The position numbers were made by a program, and so were the translations under genes. Positions 12,963-25,968 of a stretch of DNA of 64,000 nucleotides are shown piece after piece. Numbering within the stretch: position 1 is the stretch's first letter; each line of letters starts with the position of its first letter. Below the pieces are notes generated by a model. The model ran no database searches and was not told the DNA's origin. It saw only the letters and a list, made by a program, of their open reading frames with translations. The DNA is from Octopus vulgaris (taxonomy: Eukaryota), in the NCBI GenBank assembly GCA_951406725.2, contig OX597821.1, forward strand, positions 48,608,001-48,672,000, given 5' to 3'.

Positions 12963-13740
12963 TCTACTCCTTATGCAGAGATTGACCACCTCCTGTACCT
13001 ACACCTTAGAACCATCATGGCGTCTGATGGTTTTTTAAACCAGACAATGTTTTGAAAAGACACCCACATAGATTGCATATCTGTTTTGGGACCACCATGA
13101 GCTGCAGTTAAGTTCTGATCTTTGTGGATCTTAAAATGTCTTTTGAGGCCTCCGTTAGATTTGGGGACCTTATGGCATTCATGAAAGGTGTGCACAGACA
13201 TATATTCAGAATAGTTGGTGGAGGTTCGTTTTCCATGCGTCCGCAAATGAGATTTGAGTCTAGCAAAAGAAAAGCATGGTCTGTCACAAACTGTACACGC
13301 AAAAAAGGTCATAGTGATTCACCTTCTCGATCGTAAGATTTTTCTTTAAATCTCTCTTGAGTCTTGCACGCGTTATCCTGGCCTCTTCAAACGCTTTCAC
13401 TCCACTCCACACCTTTGTTCGCCATCCAGCTCGATCCGAAGCAAGGGTTTCTATGTCATCTGGATCCATTCCAAGTGACTTCGTGGTAGTCCTTACGCTG
13501 TCCTTAAGCCTCTTTTTTAGGTTTACACCGATAGCGTTTCCCCTCTGCAAGCTCACCATAAAACAACTGTTTGGGCGTGCGTTCATACGCCATTCGAACA
13601 ATACCACGCCATCTCATTTGGTATTTCAGAATCATTGCTTTAATTGAAGTGATGCCTGCAGACGAACTATGCTTGGAGTAAAAGAACTCGATTTAATGTT
13701 TAAAATGCGATGAAGGCATTTTTGGTAGAATTATTTGAAA
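12963..13740 (-). mobile_element. RTE-clade LINE 3' fragment with C2H2-like fingers
   Basis: KKRLKDSVRTTTKSLGMDPDDIETLASDRAGWRTKVWSGVKAFEEAR followed by CTVCDRPCFSFARLKSHLRTH. Confidence 0.8.
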
Positions 13741-14312
13741 CATACATGAGATTATATGATGTGCAAGCATACATTGAAAGAGACAGAAGACAAGAACCAT
13801 AATTAATGATACAGAAAAGGAATTCAATGTGAGAAGATTCTATAGATTGTTGCATCGACATCTACTTTTCATATATTTTCTGTTTTTCAGTATCTTATGT
13901 TTTATATTTTATGCAAAGAAATCCAATTACGCACAGTTTTATTGTGGTTTCACAATACTTCGCTTTCCTGATTTACATTTTTTTGTTATATATTTTGCAC
14001 AAAGTTTTATAAACATTTTTTCATAAGGTCATTTTTTATGCTTTCGTTGTAATTATTATTGTGATTTGCGGTGATGCACTTATAGTTTACTGTACTGAAA
14101 GTGTTTTTCGTAGGATGTGTGCGTGCCCAGTAGTGCTATTTTCTGTATGCTATATATATTTGTTAGTCCTGGTGTTTTTGTTATGCATTTGTCTGAATAT
14201 TTTTTTATCATGCCTGATGCGTCCACTATGATAGGAATTGTTTCTCTTTTTAGACTCTACATTCGGGTTACCTCTATTTCCAGTCTTTGAATTTTGAAAG
14301 TTTTTCCATTTC

Positions 14313-14375
<63 letters not shown>

Positions 14376-14402
14376 TACTATTGTTGTTGTTGTTGCTGTT
14401 GC

Positions 14403-14433
<31 letters not shown>

Positions 14434-14442
14434 AGTAGTAGT

Positions 14443-14741
14443 AGTAATATTTAATAGGATTGAGGTAACTCCTACAGAAGGTAATCAGAAGCAAAAAATA
14501 GAAGAGTACCATTGTTATCAAATGAACGCTATTTCGGTACCTAGTGTGCCTTCCGCAGGTTCAAAAAATAAACTTATCGGTCGACTTCATTTTTGGTAAT
14601 ATTTGATAGGATTGAGGTAACTCCTACAGAAGGTATACAGAAGTAAAAACAGAAGTAGCATTGTTATCAAGTGCCTTCCACAGCTCCGAAAAATAAACTT
14701 GTCAATCTACTTCATTTTTGGTAATATTTGATAGGATTGCG

Positions 14742-14745
<4 letters not shown>
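14443..14745. repeat. Local tandem duplication (about 2.2 units of 125-150 bp) between trinucleotide microsatellites
   Basis: gtaatattt.ataggattg.ggta recurs at ~14443, ~14596 and ~14721. Confidence 0.85.
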
Positions 14746-14782
<37 letters not shown>

Positions 14783-14799
14783 ATTATTATTATTATTAG

Positions 14800-15480
14800 T
14801 CAAGACGAAGAGTGCGATTCGATTGTAAGATATTTTATTGAACGATATTTCAACAGTATGTCTGTCATTGTCAAGTTCAAAATAAGAAGTGATAAAAATT
14901 CAGAAATTCAAACGTAAAGTATGAACGAGAGCAAGTAGCGTGCACACGTTGATAGAATGATGACATCATCAGTTTTTAAGTCTTTAACAGGCGAAAAGAA
15001 AGAAAAATAAACAGAAAAAGGAAGACGACAGAAAAAAGGAAAGAAAAATATTTAATCAAACAGCTTTGTATAAATTTGAGCTGAAACTTTAAAAAATTTT
15101 TTTTTTTAAATTAGTCGTGAAAGATAGAGATTGGGAGAGTTGGCGATCTAAAAGTTATGTTATTTCTCATAACATTTTTTTTTATTTATGGACGACCTTT
15201 TCTTTGGAATGCAGATTTGGAAAATCGAATTCGTGTTTCTCGAGGATGCAAAATCAGTGAGGTTAGACTACTACCATGCCTGGCAAAAGAGTGCCCACCA
15301 CCGAAGAGATCCAAAAAGGATTGAAATCACGTTGTCTGGTGGTCTTGGAGCTAGGGAGGCAGGAGTTCTCTCCCGCTTGCAATAAATATCGAGTGCGAAA
15401 GTGCACTGAATAAACCAACTGGAGGAGATGTCTTCCTAAGGTTAAAACGGCAATATCGTCATCTCTTAGAGAACACCCAC
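14800..15480 (-). mobile_element. Penelope-like element 3' fragment (related piece at ~60500-60780)
   Basis: Shares tctaaaagtt...tttctcgaggatgcaa with 60548-60663; hammerhead motif at its end. Confidence 0.45.
14838..14880 (-). ncRNA. Minimal type I hammerhead motif with U3-A8 variant core
   Basis: Minus strand: ttgaac TTGACAA t gacag acata ctgtt GAA atat c gttcaa. Confidence 0.65.
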
Positions 15481-15786
15481 GTTAAGGTGCCATAAACACT
15501 ACCTATATATATATAAATATGTATGTGTGTGTATACGTATAAATCCATTTTTAAAGGTGTATCTTGTAACTAGTTTTGATCATATCGTTATTTCTGTTCT
15601 ATTTTAACAAAACTGTCCGACGAACGGGAGCGTGAAGCACTGAGTAACAGTTTTTGTTATATTTCTGCCGCTTTTAAATGAAGCATATTACTCTACATCT
15701 GGTATTTGAGTACTCTTTTTTCCACTTTGTTTCACATTTATGTACTTACTCCATATGTGGCAACATATGAAATTTTGTCCAGGTAT

Positions 15787-15857
15787 ATGCAGCTGATGAA
15801 GACAAATCAAATCTACGTTGTCAAACGTATTTGAAGAGTCTGAAACCGGTACCGCAT
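15787..15857 (+). ncRNA. Type I hammerhead ribozyme motif, canonical core, extended helix II
   Basis: atgcag CTGATGA agac aaa tcaaatctacgtt gtca aacgtatttga aga gtct GAA accggt a ccgcat; palindromic helix III ACCGGT; GUA site. Confidence 0.8.
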
Positions 15858-16041
15858 TATCCGATTCTAGGTTTTCCATTTTTCAGATGTTCTTCCTAGA
15901 GGTAAGACAAATTTTTTTCATGTTTGTTGCACACACGCGTCTTTGCTAGTATATACGCAGTGAAGCTATACTATAGCGTCGTATTTATTACGATTGCTAT
16001 TTTCCAGTAAATATCGGTGCCTCGTTGTACCATTTATTTAC

Positions 16042-16094
<53 letters not shown>

Positions 16095-16541
16095 TATACA
16101 TATATACATATGTGCGTGCGTGTATGTGTTGTGTGCTATAGTCCATTCATATACATATATACACACACACAGACACCAACACACAAGCACACAAAACAAG
16201 CGCGCGCATACACACACACACCGATGTAGATCTATCTTTTGGTTAGTTAACTATTGTTTTTGATTCTATTTTATTGAATACATTTTGTATTTCAAAATTT
16301 TTTTAACTTCTTTCAATTTTTTTTACAGACCGTATTTAAAAAATTTTTTTTTTACCATTCTGCGGCTCACCTGCCCGAATTTTATGGAAAATGTTTTTAT
16401 ACTTCACATCAGTCACTATGACAAAATAAGAAGCTTTCAAAATGGCGACTATTACATCAAAAGAATATTTGACAAAAGCTGCTAATAAAATGAAAGACGT
16501 ACACAATTTTGTTGTTTTTCATATTATGAGAGTATTGTTGT

Positions 16542-16573
<32 letters not shown>

Positions 16574-16937
16574 TTTCTTGTACTCCCTTTGTATCAATTG
16601 TATTTTGTAAAACATACTTACACAAGCATACGCACGCACACATTCATTTATGTATGTATGTGCATGTGCGTGCGTATACACACACACATACACGTACACA
16701 CACACACACACATATACATATGCACACATACATACATACGTACATACATACATACATACATACGTAGAGAGAGAAGAGAGTGAGTGAGTGAGTGAGAGTG
16801 AGAGAGAGGCAGAGAGTGAGAGAGAGAGTGAAAGAAAGAGAGATACAAACATACGTAGCATACGTGTAAGTTTGTGCGCGCGTGTGTGAGTGTTGGGTCA
16901 GACAAATACGTGTCTGAGTGTTGGGTTAGACAAATAC

Positions 16938-18085
16938 GGGAGTACGTCCTTATAAATGAAACTCCCCCAATACTAAATAGGAAATATACATTGTAGATAT
17001 CATACCTCCATACCCATAGTTTTGTGAGGGCGCGTGGCTTAGTGGTTAGGGCATTCGGCTCATGATCGTAAGGTTGTGAGTTCGATTCCCGGCGACGCGT
17101 TGTGTCCTTGAGCAAGACACTTTATTTCACGTTGCTCCAGTCCACTCAGCTGGCAAAAATGAGTTGTACTTGTATTTCAAAGGGTCAGCCTTGTCACTCT
17201 CTGTGTCACGCTGATTATCCCCGAGAACTACGTTAAGGGTACACGTGTCTGTGGAATGCTCAGCCATTTGCACGTTAATTTCACGAGCAAGCTGTTTCGT
17301 TGATCGTATCAGCTAGGACCCTCGTCGTCGTAACCGGCGGAGTCTTTAAAAAAAAAAAGAAAGAAAAAATACCCACAGTTTACACAGGTAGAGTAGAATA
17401 GTTAGTGGATTGTTATGTAGATAGATGTATGCATGTGTGTGTGTGTGGGTGTGAGTGCGTGTGTATGCACATGTTTGTTTTTTTTTGTATGTAAGCATGT
17501 GGATATAAAAATAAACAGATCAACATACAGACGGATAGGTACATTGGTTATAAGAACAGACAAGCACAGATACGCAAATGGAGACTGAAACACATGACCA
17601 TATATACACACACTTTACTCTACACAAGGACACATATGGAGACACGTGTCCACACATATAGAGATACACATCCATACATACAAACATGGTACATAGTTGC
17701 AAAACACACACACACAGACATGCACACACAAGGAGACAGAGGTGCATACATATACAAACACATACACACACACACATACATAGAAATTACACAAACACGG
17801 ACAGGCAAGCACATGAATATGCAGAATACATACATACATATGCATAGACACACATATATACATACACACACATGCATACATACATACATACATACATACA
17901 TACATACACACATACATACATACATACATACATACATACATACATACATACATACATACATACATACATACATACATACATACATACATAATACATACAT
18001 ACATACATGCGTATATACATGCATGAATGCATAGGCACACACACACTGACCCACACACATGCACACAAACAAACAAAAGGGAACG
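16938..18085. repeat. Microsatellite-rich dispersed repeat; inverted paralogue at ~63075-63590
   Basis: ataaatgaaa...aaataggaaatataca..., catgcacacacaaggagacagaggt and catgaatatgcagaatacata recur reverse-complemented near 63.1-63.6 kb. Confidence 0.75.
17023..17368 (+). mobile_element. Full-length tRNA-derived CORE-type SINE (family C) with A-rich tail and TSD
   Basis: A-box TGGCTTAGTGG, B-box GAGTTCGATTCC, gtgtccttgagcaagacacttta; TSD atacccaYagttt at 17010-17022 and 17369-17381. Confidence 0.9.
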
Positions 18086-18275
18086 CAGTGTCAATAACGG
18101 ACAGAGTCAAGACTATTGAAAAGGTTGCAAGACGCAATGAAAATTTTAGGAAAATAAAAATAAGAAATAAGTGGAAATTTTACCGGTGAGTGTGTTAAAT
18201 TATAAGGCACAAAAATAAAATTACTTTTCCCAGACACAACAGAATATTCTTCGACACACGATCTCATATAAAGGA

Positions 18276-18567
18276 ATGGACGGAATTTTCTAGTTAACTA
18301 AAAAATTTGAAACTTCATACTGGTAGAATGTGTCAAAAGAAAACATTATTGTAAACAAAATTGAAAACAAAATTGTAATTCGTAACTTTAACGTAGTTTG
18401 ATTCTTCGAATTTTAACCAATGAAATCCCAGCATCTTCGAATTTTAACCAATGAAATCCGAGCATTTGAGCTCAAATCATTTGCTGCGTTATCGATATTG
18501 ATAAAGAAACATAGCAGACGCATGCCGCACACACACACACACACACACACAATACACACGTACACTT

Positions 18568-18604
<37 letters not shown>

Positions 18605-19355
18605 GTCACTCTCTCTCTCTCTCTCTCTCAAACACATGCATATACATTTGCACAAGCACATAGTAATTAATATATAAGCGTACACACATCCAAACGGAGA
18701 TATACATACACACACATATGCACACAAGCATACATACACGTTCGTGAGTTGCCCCTTGCCGCAACAAATTTACACAAAAGGTAAATAAACCAGAAGGGGG
18801 GTTCAATGTTTCATCGTTTCGGGGTCGATAAATTAAGTACCAATTATGCACTAGTGTCGAGGATTTTTTTCCCAATTTATATCACAGCCTCCGACAAGCT
18901 GGGGCATCCTTTTATGAAAAAATATTTCACAATTTTTTAGACCGCTTTAGGCATATTATTGTTTTGCTTTTGTTGTTTCTGGCCCTTCAAAACCATGGGA
19001 GAAGCCTTTTCGGTAAAAAAAATAAAGAAAATATTCAAAATATATCGTTAATATTTTTATTGGGCGATGAAATTCATCGATTTAAGGGATATAGCTGTTA
19101 TTTCTAGCACATGTAGAAGACAGAAGAGAGAAGGGATGAATAAGACGTGTGTGTGTGAGTTTTTAGACGCAGCAAATGGTTTGAGCTCGAATGCTGCGAT
19201 TTCATTGAAGTTAAAATTCGTAGAATTAAACTACGTTAAAGTTACGAATTACAATTTTGTTTTCTATTTTTGTTTAAAATGATGTTTTCTTTTAACACAT
19301 TCTACCAGTATACGAAAGTTTCAAATTGTTTAGTTAACTAGAAAATTCCGTCCAT
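18276..19355. mobile_element. Non-autonomous fold-back DNA element with ~200-bp inverted arms
   Basis: atggacggaattttctagttaacta...tttgagctc...tttgctgcgt is mirrored by acgcagcaaa...tagttaactagaaaattccgtccat. Confidence 0.8.
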
Positions 19356-19585
19356 CAAAAAGAAAAGATCCAAGAATCTTGCAAACCAAATCCAAAAACG
19401 AAATTTTAATTTCATCTTCTTCTAAAAAGCTTACACTAAATTTGAAGAAATTTAACTGATTTCTTAAAGTTAATTTTCTAATGGATTTAAAGACTCTGTT
19501 AGCTATTTGTTAAATTAATGAGGAAGTGGCAAGGAAATATTGCCTCGAAATCAAAATAATTGATTTTTATGTAACAGTACAAAAT

Positions 19586-19629
<44 letters not shown>

Positions 19630-19726
19630 CCAAACATGAAAACATAAAGAGAAAGCACAACAACGCGAGGACGTGGAACAAGTATAGTGCAATTGAACGT
19701 TCAGGAAAGGAAGGAAAGAAGGAAGG

Positions 19727-19761
19727 GTTTAACGCTTCGATCGGAGCACTTCGTCAGAAAC
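19727..19761 (-). ncRNA. Degenerate minimal hammerhead motif
   Basis: Minus strand: gttt CTGACGA a gtgc tcc gatc GAA gcgt t aaac; helix II and A15.1 are mutated. Confidence 0.5.
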
Positions 19762-20215
19762 ATAGGAAAAGGAAAAATCCAAAGACGGAGAAGCCAGACA
19801 CATGGAAACAAATCGCCATACATACATACATACATACATACATACATACATACATACATACATACATACATACATACATACATACATAACTAATCGATAT
19901 TGAGCTGACTTTTGAAACCAAAAGAGTTTTACATTGATGAGATTAAAAAGCTTGTTAAATAGATGTACGAATGCGAATAACACTAGGCAACAAAGATTTT
20001 GTAACAGAAGACCAAATAGGTTTTCCTAGCTAATTTCGGCATGATGATTTCAAACCTAAAATTTTTTTTTTTTCTTTATCACGTCTAGATTTTGTGTAAA
20101 ATGTAAATCGCTTAGTAAAATTTCCTACCACGTCCAGATTTTGGTTTTAATTGGCTTAATGCCAATAATATAAAACTTGCTTTTCAAAGTTAAAGCACTG
20201 TCTGTTTGCCGACTA

Positions 20216-21154
20216 TCAGGTTATCCCATAAGCTATGTCGGATTTTACCTTTTTTAAAATTGAATGAAATTTAATAGTATTTGAGAATGTCTAATGGAAT
20301 TCAAAATTATTTTTATGCATTTGTGTACATTTAAACTAATTAAATATTATCTTACAGAATAATAGAATTAAAATTTCTTTGATTAAAACCCTTTCTATTT
20401 AAGGCACATAATGCTTTATGAGTACAAAAAACGAAACTCTGCAGCCAAAGCGACTCGAAACATACACTCAGTTTATGGGAAAGAATGCTTCAATGAAAAA
20501 AATGGACCTTTTATCGAAATGTTAAATGTCGTAAACAGTGGCTTGATAAAAGGGAAAAAGTTCAATCACAAGGGAACTCAATCCGAGAAGGGAACTTCAT
20601 GGGGAAAAGGTTCTTCTCTCTATCTGGTGGGATTGCAAAGGAGTAATTCACTTTGAATTGTTACCACCTAATGCAACAATCAATGCTCAAGTCTACTGTC
20701 AACAATTAGAGCGTTTGAATGAAGCTTTGAAGAAAAAAAGACCCGCTTTTAAAGTGAATCGAAAAGGAGTGATGTTTCATCAGGACAACGTGCGACCCCA
20801 CACTGCAAAGATCACATTACAGAAGATCGAAGAACTTGGTTGAGAAAAAATTCCTCATCCACCATATCCTCCGACCTTGCTCCTTCAGACTACCATTTGA
20901 TTCGTAGTTTACAGAATCATTTGGGGGGCATAACTTTCGAAAGCCAGGAGGAGGTCGAAAGTGATATTTTAGAGTTCTTCGCTTTGAAACCAAAAGAGTT
21001 TTACATTGATGAGATTAAAAAGCTTGTAAATAGATGGAAGGAAATCATAGATAATCAGGGAAAGTACATTGATGATTAAATTTCAATTCAACATAACGTT
21101 TGACCACTTGTTTTCTTTATTCAAAACTCGGACAGAACTTATGGGATGACCTGA
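20216..21154 (+). mobile_element. Internally deleted mariner element with TIRs and TA target duplication
   Basis: TA|tcaggttatcccataag ... cttatgggatgacctga|TA; FHQDNVRPH and DLAPSDYHL motifs. Confidence 0.92.
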
Positions 21155-21456
21155 TATATACAAATTCTCACGATTTTGATTAATAAAATTTATCCCGAGT
21201 TGGTAACACTGAGTCAAGAGCATGATAATGGATCAACGGTCAGTCGCAACGTAACAGTTAAGTGGAGCGGTTGTAGAAACTCCCAGCTGGTAAGCAAGTA
21301 ACAAGCTATGGTAACTTCTGTGTTTTTATAGCATTTGTTTTATACTACGGTGTGCATTTCTTTCGATTTTGTACATCATAATTATTATTTTACAAGTTTC
21401 TTGGGGGTTTTATTCAGATAATGTATGATAATTAAAATGCAATCAAATAGACGTGC

Positions 21457-21872
21457 TTACTCTTACTCTTTTTCTCTTTTACTTGTTTCAGTCCATTTGA
21501 CTGCGGCCATGCTGGAGCACCGCCTTTAGTCGAGCAAATCGACCCCGGGACTTATTCTTTGTAAGCCCAGTACTTATTCTATCGGTCTCTTTTGCCGAAC
21601 CGCTAAGTGACGGGGACTTAAACACACCAGCATCGGTTGTCAAGCAATGCTAGGGGGACAAACACAGACACACATACACACACACACATATATATATATA
21701 CATATATACGACAGGCTTCTTTCAGTTTCCGTCTACCAAATCCACTCACAAGGCATTGGTCGGCCCGGGGCTATAGCAGAAGACACTTGCCCAAGATGCC
21801 ACGCAGTGGGACTGAACCCGGAACCATGTGGTTGGTTAGCAAGCTACTTACCACACAGCCACTCCTGCGCCT
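21457..21872 (-). mobile_element. SINE family A copy
   Basis: Near-identical to 4571-4981. Confidence 0.92.
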
Positions 21873-23489
21873 ATGTAAATCACCCAGACAACTCCTGTGC
21901 TTATGTAAATCACCCAGACAACTTCTGCTATATCTGTGGACAATATACAACAATGATTAAACTTGCCTACAAGTATTATGTTGACTGTAAGTTCGGAGAG
22001 CAAGAGAGGGACTGGGCACCATATATTTACTATGCACAATATAACGTAATGTTAATCGCTTGAATGAATGACAAAAGAAAAGCCACACCGTTCTCAGTCT
22101 CCGTGTTTAGTGTGAGCCGAAAAATCATTCCAATGATTATTTTTATTTAACAAAGATTGCTTGTTTCCCAAAGAAAAACAAATCAAAAATCATGTACCCA
22201 AACTACGAATCAGCAATGTAACCAGTACCACATGATGAAACAAATCCACCACCAGTTCCCCCAGTAACGACAATAGGTAGCAGTTCATCTGATAATTCTG
22301 CTAGTGATATAGAAATAAGGAAAGATGGCGTTCCAGATGCAACTAATTCCCTACTTTTGTTAAGTCAAGCAGATGTTAGGTGACTTAGTACACGATTTGG
22401 AGTTACCAAAAGAAAAGGCAGAGTTGCTTGATTCCAAACATCACGATTGGAATTTTCTTCAGCCACACACCAAAGTTCCCCATTTCCGCCATCACCATTT
22501 GCAGTTTTCGTCGTTTGACTTACAGGAAGAAAACTTTTGTTTCTGCCACGATATTAGTAGCCTAGTGGAAAGGACTGGCTTCTGCTATGAGCCATGACTC
22601 TAGTAAAGCTAGCCTTAAAGCTGTATTACTGCACAACGGCAATGAAAACCTTCAATAACTGCAGCACATGCCACTGGCCTTAATGAGACTTATGAATCAA
22701 TGGAACTGCTACTAAAGCTCATCAAATATAAGGACTACATATGTAATATCTGTGGCAACCTTAAACTTGTATCATTACTTCTTGGGTTGCAGCTGAGCTA
22801 CTCAAAACATATGTGCTTTTGTGTCTATGGAACAACAGAGATGACAAGAACCACAGCTAAAAACATGCTTGGCCGTCTAGAACTGAACATGGTAAAGATA
22901 GTGTGAAACACCCAGCACTTATTGACCCTCAGAAAGTACATCTTCCAACACTTCTCATTAAACTTGGCCTTACGAAAACTTTCGTGAAGGGTGTGGATCA
23001 TCAAAGTGGTGGTTTCCAATATCTAAAAGATAAATTCAAAGAAATATTGACAGATGCTAAGCTAGAAGCTGGCGTTTTCACTGGACTACAGGTCCACAGT
23101 GTCATCCACGACGCATTGTCTCCATCTAATCTAAATGAGAACGAACTAGAGTCATAGACATCTTTGCTGTCAAAACTTTTCTTGGAAACCACAAAGTTAA
23201 AAGTCACCATGAACTCGAAGAAAACTCGCTTAAATCTTATGAAAAGTGGGATGCAGAATATCTTTGAAAATGCATCCAGGCCATCCTTGAGGCTGTGAGT
23301 GACAAGCACGGTGAGCGCTTCCACCAACAGATCTCAGTTATAGAAAACAGATACCAGGGTAATTTTAGCCCAAATATCACAGGAGATTATTGTTGGTTCC
23401 TACAAGAGAACTCGTCATCCTACAAGCAACAAAGGAAGAGGAAACACCTACGTTTCACTTAATAACAGGACGTTGCCTGTCGGTAGTAA

Positions 23490-24130
23490 CAACAAAATAT
23501 TAACGCGCTTTGGTTGAGTGCAAGGATGGTAACTCCACCATCAGAATTCCGTTGTCTGTTATAAGCCAGAATAAAGGAGGAAAGACATTCCAGTTCACTG
23601 ATTATCTAAGTATGCTTAACATAAAACGCGATAAATGAAAAAAGTGTTTTCGATTGCACAAAATCTGGATGTGGTAGAGCAATTGGTTAGAATTACGTTT
23701 AACACTCGGCCACAAACAAACAAAAAAATAAGTCTAATTAGTTTTTTAAAAATGTGTATTAAACGAATATGAAAACCAAAATTTACCACAACGAACCGAT
23801 TACTCGTCAGAGGAAATATCATCCTGGACTTGGGTAAAGTGTTGCAGCCTCCAATAGAAATTAGTGCAGTCGTTTGGCACTGCGCTCCAAGAAAGAGTTT
23901 TTAAACAGAGACACGGAATATCCGCAATCAGTTCCAACATGTCGGCAAAGGCGAAAAGCGTTTCTGCAGCGGAATATGTTTGTCCCATCGCGAAAGAAGC
24001 AAGCTGAATTGCATGATGGGCAATGTACAGTAGTAGGAACAACTCTGTGTTGGCGAAAAAAACTCAATAGCTGCAGTGTCATTTTCATGAAAACGGAGAG
24101 TAGCACTGTAAAGGGTCAAATCACGGGAGG
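23490..24130 (-). mobile_element. Merlin/ISXO2-like transposase N-terminal fragment
   Basis: AAIEFF-RQHRVVPTTVHCPSC...FRC...CGYSVSLFKNSFLE zinc-ribbon pattern. Confidence 0.5.
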
Positions 24131-25147
24131 TACAAGAGACCCTCCTGTTGTAACACGTCTTGAGATAGAAACAACTTAAAGGAGTTAAACTATTTGAGCA
24201 TGTCTATTGGTCAAGCAACCGCAATATCAGTGCGTTAAAACAAAAAAAAAGGGGGGAAATTTTATTTTTTGTCAAATACAAGATCGCAAAAAAATTTTCG
24301 GTATTCCTGCATAAATTAATTACCTAAAATATATTAAAAAAAGTCTTTTTACTATCGGTAGCTGAGTGTTAGACTTAATATTAACCAAGAAATTTAGATA
24401 TCAGATCTGAAATTAGCATCAGAAATTTGGTAGGAACCAGCAGTTTACGTCTCGGTAACAAAAAGAAAAGTTGAACTTTGTTGCCTCAATACGTACCATA
24501 CGAAATCGGATGTCAAAAAAAAGAAACAGATTATAACCCGCTGCCTTCAAACTTTCTGTTTACAAAACAGCATAAACTAATACTTTTCATTTATAGGATT
24601 AGACACTTAAAACCTTTTGATTTTGAACAACGGCTCTCTATTCTATCAAGGAACTGTGTCAACACAACTTCATTATCAACCATTAATCAAGGGAGAGAAC
24701 TTGCCTCATGGGAAGCTACTTTCTAAATATGTTCATTTCTTTTGTCAGGGGAGATTACTCTTAAAGGCCTAAAACTGGAAGTCAATATGCCACTGAGACT
24801 AACAAACTATTTTTAAACAGCTCTACATTTGTAACTTATCTGAAAACTAAATCGCTAATTGTTCTTTTAATCGATGACAGTATCACAGCCGTCCGAACCT
24901 GGACCGTAAACTCAGTTTTTAATTTTCCTTCACTAATATGAAAGAAATAAAATTTCTTAGTTCTAACATTTCGTATTTGTTGTTGCTGTTGTTTAGCACA
25001 AGACAACTCTTGCTGGGAAGGCCTATAATTAATAGCATGCCAAACGTGCCTCTCCGTTTTTATGAACAAGTGTCAGCTGTTTCCAGCAAGGACGAAACTG
25101 GCTTCTAGTTTCCCCTGTGAACTTGTCACTCAGGATTATAACGTATT

Positions 25148-25690
25148 TATGGGGGGTCAGCTGAAAAGTTCATAGGCCGATTAAGATACTCTCGTGGAAT
25201 GTAACCAAATGAGGTTTAGTTTTCAACACGTGCCCCAATCTTTCATCTTCGTCAGAAAAGACATCAACAGTAGATATGACATCATCATCACTGCGATATT
25301 GGTTCCCAGTCAAGTGTTTTTCAGATGGGGCCAAATCAGAAGAATAGGGAGGCTGATCAACCAGTTCAGTGCCACAGTCGCGCACAGTAGCCATTGAAAG
25401 CAAGTTCTTGTGCGCTGGAGCATTGTCCTCGTGAAACAAGATCCCTTTCGTCAGTTTTCCGAGGTATTTGTTCTTGATAGCTTTTTGTAACTGCCTCAGC
25501 GAGTTGGCACAGTACTCTGCATTGTTGATGTGGTCCTTTTGAAGATAAGCAATAAACACAATGCCTCTTGCATCCCGAAAAATGGAGTTCATCACCTTCC
25601 ACGCAGACGAAACGACCCTTGGCGTTCTTTGAAGCAAGTGACGAGGGATGTTTCCACTGCATGCATTGTCCCTTTGTCTCTGGTTCAAAG
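25148..25690 (-). mobile_element. Mariner transposon 3' half
   Basis: KVMNSIFRDARGIVFIAYLQK, FHEDNAPAH and PPYSSDLAPS motifs; TIR-like tatggggggtcagctgaaaagttc. Confidence 0.88.
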
Positions 25691-25698
25691 TTGCGGCT

Positions 25699-25968
25699 AC
25701 GTTCTGAGTTCAAATTCCGCCGAGGTCGACTTTGCCTTTCATTCTTTCGGGGTCGATAAATAAATTACCAGTTTCGTACTGGGGTCGATGTAATCGACTT
25801 AATCCCTTTGTCTGTCCTTGTTTGTCCCATCTATGTTTAGCCCCTTGTGGGTAATAAAGAAATAGGTATTTCATCTGTCGCTGCATTCTGAGTTCAAATT
25901 CCGCCGAGGTCGACTTTGCCTTTCATCCTTTCGGGGTCGATAAATAAAGTACCAGTTTCGTACTGGGT
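25699..25968 (+). mobile_element. SINE family B, tandem partial copies
   Basis: ttctgagttcaaattccgccgaggtcgactttgcctttcat occurs twice. Confidence 0.85.

Larger units (their letters stand above)
19981..24491 (+). mobile_element. Chapaev3-like (CMC) DNA transposon, decayed, carrying nested insertions
   Basis: Transposase motifs at 21880-23420: NHPDNFCYICG, DLVHDLELPKEKAELL, SLKAVLLHNGN, LLIKLGL, AVSDKHGERFHQ. Imperfect TIRs: cactaggcaacaaag...ttcctagctaatttc and gaaatttggtaggaa...ctttgttgcct. Confidence 0.65.

Noticed and set aside
12971-13312. Host C2H2 zinc-finger gene
   Set aside because: It is contiguous with an RTE C-terminus and degenerate, so it is part of the LINE
17026-17100. tRNA gene (also at 33765-33835 and 3207-3280)
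   Set aside because: The A/B boxes run into SINE or repeat bodies, two of them with tails and TSDs; no complete cloverleaf is evident
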